NCBI GenBank assembly: GCA_046261975.1
Contig: JBHENQ010000107.1
Span: 11,006-75,005, forward strand
DNA length: 64,000 nucleotides
Direction of reading: 5' to 3'
Source of the DNA: Gemmatimonadaceae bacterium
Lineage (GTDB): Bacteria; Gemmatimonadota; Gemmatimonadetes; Gemmatimonadales; Gemmatimonadaceae
Shown here: positions 57,303 to 64,000 of the stretch, one piece after another
Layout: every line of letters starts with the position of its first letter
Position numbering within the stretch: position 1 is the stretch's first letter
The notes under the pieces: model-generated
Database searches by the model: none
What the model saw: the letters and a program-made list of their open reading frames with translations, nothing else
What the model was told of the DNA's origin: nothing
Made by a program: the position numbers and the translations under genes

Positions 57303-58154
57303 ATGACCACTACGGCGCGGCGCCGGACAGTCACGCGAACGATCCTCCTCGATCGGTCCCTGGAGGCCCTTCCAGTCTTCCGTCTGAGCGACTCGGCCGA
57401 CGAAGCCGCAATCAACTACTCGCCCGCGGGCGGTGGACGCTGGCGCGTCCTCCCCAGCCCCGGCGACAGACTTCCCGGCACTTTCGACCAGGACGTTTAC
57501 GTCGAGATCTGGCACAGATACCTGGACGCGGGCATGCCCTCCGACGGCACTGTCTCTTTCACTCTGCACGCATTTCTGCGCTCGATGGGCCGGCGTGTGG
57601 ACGGACGGACCTATGAGCAGCTTCGGTCCGCGCTCTCGCGGCTGGAACACACCACGCTCGAGTCCCAGGGTGCGTACCGGGACGCTGTCACCGGCACGGT
57701 CCTGGACGGACGTATGGCCCTTTTGGCAGCAGTGATCGTCGAGCGGCGTCGCGTTGCCGACCGGGACCAGTTCACGCTGTTCTCCACCCTCACCGCTTCC
57801 GAACCCGGCGAGGCTCGCGTCATTGTCTCCCCCGCGGCGCGATCAAACATCGCGGCAGGCCACGCGATAACGCTGTCAGCGCAACAATATCGAGCTCTCT
57901 CCTCTCCTGTCGCGCGCAGGCTGTATCGTCTACTCGAGGTCGCGCGTGAAGAAGGAAATCTATTGTGGCACGTTTCGCTGGAGCAACTTGCGGGACAATT
58001 GCCTCTCGCGCAGCATTACCCATCGCATCTGCAGCGCGTTCTCCAGCCCGCGCATGAGATGCTTCTGGCAACCGGACTTTTGCGCGAAGCGACGATGGGC
58101 CAACATATGCGGGACTGGTACGTCGATTACCTGCTGGCACCCAGAGTAGCGTAG
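57303..58154 (+). CDS. hypothetical protein (possible winged-helix / replication-initiator-like fold; unassigned)
   Basis: 283 aa from ATG 57303, 5 nt after the SDR stop. Arg-rich, predicted helical C-terminal half (ITLSAQQYRALSSPVARRLYRLLEVAREEGN). No motif I can assign. Confidence 0.5.
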   Translation: MTTTARRRTVTRTILLDRSLEALPVFRLSDSADEAAINYSPAGGGRWRVLPSPGDRLPGTFDQDVYVEIWHRYLDAGMPSDGTVSFTLHAFLRSMGRRVDGRTYEQLRSALSRLEHTTLESQGAYRDAVTGTVLDGRMALLAAVIVERRRVADRDQFTLFSTLTASEPGEARVIVSPAARSNIAAGHAITLSAQQYRALSSPVARRLYRLLEVAREEGNLLWHVSLEQLAGQLPLAQHYPSHLQRVLQPAHEMLLATGLLREATMGQHMRDWYVDYLLAPRVA

Positions 58155-58274
58155 AAAAATCAGTGCAGTGCGTGTAGTGTTCGGGTGCGCACCTGGCGGC
58201 GGTGGCGCTGGGCCACCAAGCCCGAACATTGCGTTACCCGTTTGCTGTTTCCTACACCACCAACGGAGCGTGAA

Positions 58275-58481
58275 ATGACGACAAAGCTCGACAAGATCCT
58301 CAAACGTGAGATCGATATCGATGGCGAGCCGTACACAGTGGCATTGTCGCCGCAGGGTGTGAAACTGACACAGAAGGGGTTTCGCAAGGGTCGCGAGATG
58401 AGCTGGCGTTCGTTGTGGGCTGGTGCTACTGAAGGGGGGAATGAGATGGGTGGCGGAAGTACGGAACCTAGTGCCTTCTGA
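58275..58481 (+). CDS. hypothetical small protein (68 aa)
   Basis: ATG 58275 with GGAGCG upstream. MTTKLDKILKREIDIDGEPYTVALSPQGVKLTQKGFRKGREMSWRSL..., basic with a Gly-rich tail. Confidence 0.4.
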   Translation: MTTKLDKILKREIDIDGEPYTVALSPQGVKLTQKGFRKGREMSWRSLWAGATEGGNEMGGGSTEPSAF

Positions 58482-58595
58482 ATCGTATTCTATACGGACA
58501 GGTCCTGTAACAACCTGCAGGTTTGTGCGTCACACACGTGGTTGATTGGCTGTGCACAGCATGCGTCCAAGCTGCGTAGTCCTTATTCCTAACCG

Positions 58596-60194
58596 GTGGC
58601 TCCTATGCGTCGCGTTCGCCCGAAAATCATAGCTCTCAGCCTGCTGTTTCCCCTCCTGATAGGCGGTTTCGTCGTTCAGGAGCGGGCTACACGCGATGGC
58701 GCTCGGCTCTTCGATCAAGTACTCTCGCTTGTCGGCGACCGTTTCGTGGACACCGTCGATGCGGCCGCACTCTATGAGAAGGCCGCCCGAGGACTCGTTC
58801 AGCAGCTGGGGGATCCCTATTCAGAGCTTCTTTCGCCCAAGCAACTCCAGCGCTTTTCGACCAGCTCGACAGGCCGTTACAGCGGGATCGGAATGCAGAT
58901 TGAGAACCAGGAAGGTAGCATCACCGTGGTGCGCGTCTTCCCAAACACCCCCGCGGAGAAGGCTGGCGTTGTCGAGGGCGACCGAATCGTGGGAGTGGAC
59001 ACCGCTTCCACTCGCGGCTGGACCACACAGCAGGTTTCAGACGCACTTCTGGGCGTGCCTGGCACCAAAGTAACGGTTCGGTTCGCGAGACCCGGCGTGG
59101 CGCAGGTGATCGAGCATCGCGTGCAGCGCGCCGAGATACATATACCCGCGGTTCCCTACGCTCTGATGTTGGACGATCAGATCGCGTACATCCCGCTCCA
59201 GACCTTCAACGAGACAGCGACACAGGAGCTTCAGGAAGCTATCCGGCGTTTAACGAACGCCGGAGCTCACGGAATTATTCTGGATCTCAGGAACAACCCT
59301 GGCGGAATTCTGGACCAGGGACTCGCCGTCGCCGATCTTTTTCTGAAGGAGGGTCAGCAGATCGCGCAGGTGCGTGCTCGCCAGGGCCAGAGCCAGTCTT
59401 TCCTGGCGCGGGGCCGTGTTCACATCGCGAGCAGGCCGCTGGTCGTCATGGTGGACAATAGCTCGGCCTCGGCGGCCGAGATTGTGGCCGGCGCTCTCCA
59501 GGATCACGATCGGGCGCTCGTAGTCGGCACTACATCATACGGTAAAGGACTGGTGCAGACTGTCTTTCCACTGGACGGGGGGTATGCCCTCAAGATGACT
59601 ACCGCCAAGTGGTTCACGCCTAGCGGAAGAACCATCCAGAAGGACCGGACGGCTGAAACACCGAGCGCGACCGCTGCAGACGAGCCTCCGGATTCCCTGG
59701 AAAGGGAGTCGGTGAAGAAGGATCGTCCGGTATTCAAGTCTGACGCCGGCCGCAACGTTTACGGGGGCGGCGGCATAACGCCTGACGTCATAGTGCCCGA
59801 AGACACGCTAAGCACCGCCGAGCAGGAGTTTGCCCGCGCGCTCGCTCCGAAGTCGGCGGTCGTCCGGTCGGTACTGTATAACTACGCTCTCGACCTCAAG
59901 TCCAAGGTGAGTCGCGGGTTCACACCTCAACCCGCGTGGCGCGAGGAGTTCTTTCAGAGACTCGATTCCTCCAAAGTGGCCATTAACCGGAAACAGTATG
60001 ATTCAGCGGCAACACTGGTGGATCGTTGGATCTCGACACAGGTGACGCGGTTCGCCTTCGGTGACTCGGCAGAGTTTCGCCGCAGCATTCCGCGCGACCC
60101 CCAGCTGCTTCGAGCGATCGAGCTGCTGAAGAAAGGACGTACACAGCAGGATCTCTTCACGCTCGCACAGGCAGCACAGAGGCAAACGAAGTAG
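58596..60194 (+). CDS. carboxyl-terminal processing (S41, tail-specific) peptidase with PDZ domain
   Basis: Signal anchor. PDZ (GIGMQIEN...ITVVRVFPNTPAEKAGVVEGDRIVGVD). S41 Ser/Lys dyad regions (LDLRNNPGG...; SASAAEIVAGALQ; TSYGKGLVQ). 532 aa. Confidence 0.85.
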   Translation: MAPMRRVRPKIIALSLLFPLLIGGFVVQERATRDGARLFDQVLSLVGDRFVDTVDAAALYEKAARGLVQQLGDPYSELLSPKQLQRFSTSSTGRYSGIGMQIENQEGSITVVRVFPNTPAEKAGVVEGDRIVGVDTASTRGWTTQQVSDALLGVPGTKVTVRFARPGVAQVIEHRVQRAEIHIPAVPYALMLDDQIAYIPLQTFNETATQELQEAIRRLTNAGAHGIILDLRNNPGGILDQGLAVADLFLKEGQQIAQVRARQGQSQSFLARGRVHIASRPLVVMVDNSSASAAEIVAGALQDHDRALVVGTTSYGKGLVQTVFPLDGGYALKMTTAKWFTPSGRTIQKDRTAETPSATAADEPPDSLERESVKKDRPVFKSDAGRNVYGGGGITPDVIVPEDTLSTAEQEFARALAPKSAVVRSVLYNYALDLKSKVSRGFTPQPAWREEFFQRLDSSKVAINRKQYDSAATLVDRWISTQVTRFAFGDSAEFRRSIPRDPQLLRAIELLKKGRTQQDLFTLAQAAQRQTK

Positions 60195-60203
60195 ATTTCT
60201 CGC

Positions 60204-61262
60204 ATGCGATTTACGAGATCTCTTGCAGCGGCCACTCTGGTGGCCGCTGTCGCATGCGTGGGCACAAGCTCCTCTTCTTCAGGCCCCGGCATGTCCGTGG
60301 TGCCTCAGGCCGGCGAGAGGCATCTGGCGAACATTCGGCAGATCACCTTCGGCGGCGAGAACGCGGAAGCCTACTTCAGCCCTGACGGAAAGAAGCTCAT
60401 CTTTCAGTCCACACGGGACGGACGCACCTGTGACCAGCAGTACGTCGTCGATATAGACGGTAGTCACTTGCGCCGCGTCTCCACCGGCGCGGGCAAGACA
60501 ACATGCGGCTTCTTTTTTCGCAGCGGCAACCGTATCCTCTTCTCGTCGTCGCACGAAGCCGACACTGCCTGCCCGCCACGCCCCGACTATTCCCGTGGCT
60601 ATGTCTGGCGTCTTGATCCGTTTGACATCTTCACCGCTGATGCCGACGGCGCCAATCTGCGCAGGCTGACGAAATACGGCAGGTACACGGCTGAGGCAAC
60701 TCTCTCACCCGATGGCAGTTTCATCGTCTTCACTTCACTGAAGGATGGAGACCTCGAGATCTACACCATGCGTTCCGACGGAAGCGGCGTGCGCAGGCTT
60801 ACCAACACACCCGGCTACGACGGCGGCGCTTTCTTTTCGCCGGATGGCAGGCAAATCGTTTACCGCGCATCGCATCCATCCGATTCGGCCGAGTTGGGCG
60901 ACTACCGCCGGCTGCTGAGTGAGCGGCTAGTCCGGCCCTCTAGGATGGAAATCTGGATCATGAATGCCGACGGCAGCGGGCAGCGGCAGGTGACCAGTCT
61001 GGGAGGCGCCAACTTCGCCCCTTACTTCACGCCTGATGGGAAACAGATAATCTTCGCCTCTAACCATACGAACGCGCGTTCGCGAAACTTTGATCTCTAT
61101 CTGATCAACAGGGACGGCAGTGGACTCGAACAGGTAACCACGAGCGCGGAGTTCGACAGCTTCCCAATGTTCAGTCCGGACGGGCGAAAGTTGGTGTGGG
61201 CTTCGAACCGAAACGCGGCTGCGCCAGGGGAAACGAACATCTTCATTGCCGACTGGAGATGA
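60204..61262 (+). CDS. PD40/TolB-like beta-propeller protein, secreted
   Basis: Signal peptide. Five or more PD40 repeats (YFSPDGKKLIFQS, TLSPDGSFIVFTS, FFSPDGRQIVYRA, YFTPDGKQIIFAS, MFSPDGRKLVWAS). 352 aa. Confidence 0.8.
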   Translation: MRFTRSLAAATLVAAVACVGTSSSSSGPGMSVVPQAGERHLANIRQITFGGENAEAYFSPDGKKLIFQSTRDGRTCDQQYVVDIDGSHLRRVSTGAGKTTCGFFFRSGNRILFSSSHEADTACPPRPDYSRGYVWRLDPFDIFTADADGANLRRLTKYGRYTAEATLSPDGSFIVFTSLKDGDLEIYTMRSDGSGVRRLTNTPGYDGGAFFSPDGRQIVYRASHPSDSAELGDYRRLLSERLVRPSRMEIWIMNADGSGQRQVTSLGGANFAPYFTPDGKQIIFASNHTNARSRNFDLYLINRDGSGLEQVTTSAEFDSFPMFSPDGRKLVWASNRNAAAPGETNIFIADWR

Positions 61263-61333
61263 CACTGGTGAGCAGCGCGTCAAGTCTGTAACATCAGGTG
61301 GCTTGCGGCGGTGGTAGTGAAGATCGCGAAGTA

Positions 61334-61405
61334 GGGGGTGTCGGGTGTGGGGTGTCGGGTGTGGTGTAAACCCCGACACCCTACACCCGACACCCCACAC
61401 CCGCC
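61334..61405. repeat. inverted heptamer arrays (GGGGTGT/CGGGTGT)x4 - TGTAAA - (CCCGACA/CCCCACA/CCCTACA)x5
   Basis: Read directly. Between the TolB-like gene and the SPFH gene on the same strand. Confidence 0.9.
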
Positions 61406-61444
61406 CTCTTATGCTCCGGATGATTCACGAAAGCTGAGGTACAC

Positions 61445-62542
61445 ATGATCGGACTGATCTTTTTGGGGGTCCTCGCGCTGCTGGGGATCATGGTCGTTGG
61501 AAAGTCGTTCAAGATCATCGGCCAGGCGGAGGTGATGATCATCGAACGACTGGGCCGTTTCAACCGCGTCGCACGCTCTGGCTTCAACATTCTGATACCG
61601 TTCATCGAGGCGCCACGCGGAATCGATGTCAGGTATTTCGAGGCCGATGTTAGTGGGGTAAAGCGCATCACGGCCGGCCATACATCCCGAATCGATCTGC
61701 GCGAGCAGGTGCTCAACTTCCCGAGCCAGCCTGTAATCACCAAGGACAATGTGACCATAGACATCGACGCTGTGCTCTACTATCGCGTCGCCGATCCGCA
61801 GAAGGCCACTTACGCGATCCAGAATCTTCCATACGCGCTTGAGACGCTCACCCGCACCACGCTCCGCAACATCGTCGGCGATATCGAGTTGGACCAGACT
61901 CTGGCCAGTCGCGACATGATCAACAAGAAGATGCGAGAGGTGATCGAAGAAGCATCTATCGGATGGGGTGTTGATGTCACGCGTGTCGAGCTTCAAGCCA
62001 TCGAGCCGCCACGTGACATTCAGCAGTCGATGGAGCTGCAGATGCGCGCCGAGCGCGAACGGCGCGCCGCGGTCACAAACGCAGAAGCTGGAAAGCGTGC
62101 GGCCATTCTCGAGGCGGAAGGCGTTCGCGAATCGCAGGTGCGCAGGGCGGAAGGTGAAAAGGACGCGGCCATCCTTCGCGCCCAAGGACTAGCTACCGCC
62201 CGTCTGGCGATGGCCGAAGCGGAGGCGCAGGCTATCGAACGCATCGCGGCCGCGTTGCCGCATGGTGAGGTCGCTACTTACCTACTCGGCCTTCGCTACC
62301 TGGAGGCACTACCGGCTGTCGCTCAGGGTAAGGGGACTACGATCTTTCTCCCTAGCGAGGCGACGGGCGTCATGGGAGCACTTGGTGGACTTAGAGCCAT
62401 GTTGCAGGCCGGTGGCGCCGCTCAGGGCCAGTCCGATCAGCCTACTCCACGTTCCAAAGCTGGCAACACGGAAGAAATTCCACGAACCCTCGCGGCGCTG
62501 ACCGGTCAGCCATGGGTACCACCGGAGAAGAAGGAGCGCTGA
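61445..62542 (+). CDS. SPFH / band-7 (stomatin-prohibitin-like) family membrane protein
   Basis: N-terminal TM helix. SPFH core (IIERLGRFNRVARSGFNILIPFIE...ITKDNVTIDIDAVLYYRV). Long Ala/Glu/Arg coiled-coil C-terminus. 365 aa. Confidence 0.8.
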   Translation: MIGLIFLGVLALLGIMVVGKSFKIIGQAEVMIIERLGRFNRVARSGFNILIPFIEAPRGIDVRYFEADVSGVKRITAGHTSRIDLREQVLNFPSQPVITKDNVTIDIDAVLYYRVADPQKATYAIQNLPYALETLTRTTLRNIVGDIELDQTLASRDMINKKMREVIEEASIGWGVDVTRVELQAIEPPRDIQQSMELQMRAERERRAAVTNAEAGKRAAILEAEGVRESQVRRAEGEKDAAILRAQGLATARLAMAEAEAQAIERIAAALPHGEVATYLLGLRYLEALPAVAQGKGTTIFLPSEATGVMGALGGLRAMLQAGGAAQGQSDQPTPRSKAGNTEEIPRTLAALTGQPWVPPEKKER

Positions 62543-62769
62543 GTTTGGAGCAGAAGATTACGCGTGAGCGCGCCGAACGGATAGCTCGTGGGCACGCTTG
62601 CGAACATTGCGGTGAGTACACCTATAAGAAGCTTACCGTCAAGCCTGCATCAGCCGAGCACGCCAAGGAGTTCGGCGAAGTGTGGCACGCCACGAGGATC
62701 TGTGGTGTCTGCGGAATGCATCAGGAAATGGGAATGGATGCGGAGGGAGACATCGTTTATTCGGGGTAG
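62512..62769 (+). CDS. small zinc-ribbon protein (hypothetical), overlapping the SPFH gene end by 31 nt
   Basis: 85 aa with CEHCGE...CGVCGM (two CxxC pairs). Different frame from the SPFH gene. Confidence 0.4.
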   Translation: MGTTGEEGALSLEQKITRERAERIARGHACEHCGEYTYKKLTVKPASAEHAKEFGEVWHATRICGVCGMHQEMGMDAEGDIVYSG

Positions 62770-62791
62770 GGGCAGTCGGGAATCTTGAATC

Positions 62792-63853
62792 GTGGAAATC
62801 GTGACGCTGGTTGGTGGAGGAGCGCCAGTGGAGCAAACCGAGGTTGCGCTGGCAGGTGTTGAGCGGCCGATGAAGCGTGCCGGCCTCATCGATTGCGCCG
62901 CATATTCGCACGGCCGCCGAGTAGCGGACGTGGAGATCGCTGACATAAGCGAGGCTCTCAAGAACGAAGACTGGTTCGTATGGGTGGGATTGTTCGAGCC
63001 GGATGAGGAACTGCTGCGCGAAGTTCAGAATGAGTTCGGCCTCCACGACCTGGCGGTGGAAGATGCCCACCTCGCGCACCAGCGGCCCAAAATCGAACAG
63101 TACGAGGATTCGCTGTTCCTAGTCTTGCGAACAGTCCAGATGAGTGGAAATCCGCGCCACATCGACTTCGGCGAGACACATCTTTTCGTGGGGCCACGCT
63201 ATGTGGTGTCTGTTCGCCACGGATCGCTGCGGTCGCACGTGGGATTGCGGGCCCGATGTGAAGCGTCCCCCAATCTGCTCGCCAAGGGACCAGGCTTCGT
63301 TCTGTACGCGTTGATGGATTTCGTTGTCGATCAGTACTTCCCAACTGTGGAGGCACTGGAGGAAGAGCTGGTCGCGCTGGAGGAGAGCATCTTCGGTGAA
63401 AAGTTCAGCCGCGAAACCACCGCCCAGATATACAACCTCAAGCGCGACCTTCTTGGGATCAAGCGCGCTGTCTCACCTCTGGTGGACGTCTGCAACCGGC
63501 TAATGAGATTCGATATCGAGCTCGTGCCGGACGACGCGCGACTCTACTTCCGGGACGTATACGATCATGTTGTGCGAGTCAACGAGATGGTCGACACCCT
63601 TCGTGAGCTCCTTACCACCGCGCTCGAAGCCAACCTGTCGCTGATATCGGTGTCACAGAACGAAGACACGAAGCGCCTTGCAGCATGGGCCGCGATCATC
63701 GCCGTACCGACAGCAATTGCCGGAATTTATGGCATGAACTTCACGTTCATGCCTGAGCTCGGTTGGCGATTCGGTTACGCCCTGGCCGTCGGAATAATGC
63801 TTTCCATGTGCACCGGGCTCTACGTAGGATTCAAGCGCTCGGGTTGGCTGTAG
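62792..63853 (+). CDS. corA: magnesium/cobalt transporter CorA
   Basis: C-terminal two TM helices with the diagnostic YGMNF...MPEL (GMN) motif. 353 aa. Confidence 0.9.
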   Translation: MEIVTLVGGGAPVEQTEVALAGVERPMKRAGLIDCAAYSHGRRVADVEIADISEALKNEDWFVWVGLFEPDEELLREVQNEFGLHDLAVEDAHLAHQRPKIEQYEDSLFLVLRTVQMSGNPRHIDFGETHLFVGPRYVVSVRHGSLRSHVGLRARCEASPNLLAKGPGFVLYALMDFVVDQYFPTVEALEEELVALEESIFGEKFSRETTAQIYNLKRDLLGIKRAVSPLVDVCNRLMRFDIELVPDDARLYFRDVYDHVVRVNEMVDTLRELLTTALEANLSLISVSQNEDTKRLAAWAAIIAVPTAIAGIYGMNFTFMPELGWRFGYALAVGIMLSMCTGLYVGFKRSGWL

Positions 63854-64000
63854 AAGCTAAGGGACTAGCAGGTTGCTGAAAAAGTAGCGATTGGGGATGG
63901 TGCAAAGGATGTTCGATGTTTATCATGGCGCATCCCAAGCCCAAGGTGATCGCGATGCGTGGTTCCGAGCGGCAGCAAGGCACGATGTTCAGCTACGTTT

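Noticed and set aside
1929-61405. CRISPR array interpretation of the tandem repeats
   Set aside because: Units are 7 nt with no unique spacers, arrays are 30-70 nt, no cas genes in window.
63900-64000. Possible gene start at the window end (ATG at about 63916, MFDVYHGAS...)
   Set aside because: Too little sequence in window to support a call.

Overview
Gene-dense, high-GC 64-kb chromosomal window with about 50 protein genes on both strands. High GC is judged by eye, not computed. Gene content points to a soil-type Gram-negative bacterium: TonB-dependent receptor with a carboxypeptidase-regulatory-like N-domain, many secreted peptidases, TAT-exported oxidoreductases, PD40/TolB-like propellers. 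I cannot assign a taxon from sequence alone. Recognisable content: S9, M28, M20 and S41 peptidases and gamma-glutamyltransferase. GH20 hexosaminidase. Two loci encoding periplasmic sugar/glycoside 3-oxidation-type enzymes: GMC oxidoreductase plus gluconate-2-dehydrogenase subunit-3-like partner, Gfo/Idh/MocA oxidoreductases, xylose-isomerase-like TIM-barrel proteins, DUF1080 3-keto-disaccharide hydrolase, MFS transporter. A gnd-zwf pentose-phosphate pair. Adjacent glutamine synthetases type I and type III. ABC-F EttA, a DEAD-box helicase, a GAF/PAS histidine kinase with a receiver/HD-GYP regulator, cardiolipin synthase, an SPFH protein and CorA. One tRNA-Asn gene lies next to an unexplained cluster of tRNA T-arm-like fragments. 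The most unusual thing in the window is not a gene. It is a recurring architecture of inverted tandem 7-nt repeat arrays (G3N4 units such as GTCGGGA, ATCGGGA, TTAGGGA, GGGGTGT, facing their C-rich complements) at 10 or more intergenic sites. Each can form either a long hairpin or paired G-quadruplex/i-motif structures. Two genes appear disrupted: an M28 peptidase (frameshift) and a hydroxypyruvate-isomerase-like TIM-barrel gene (in-frame TAG at a conserved Tyr codon). A small acidic/AT-hook/histone-H1-like protein, an orphan AAA ATPase behind an AT-rich promoter, and an uncharacterised two-gene pair (57303-58481) are also worth follow-up. No CRISPR array, integrase or transposase was seen.
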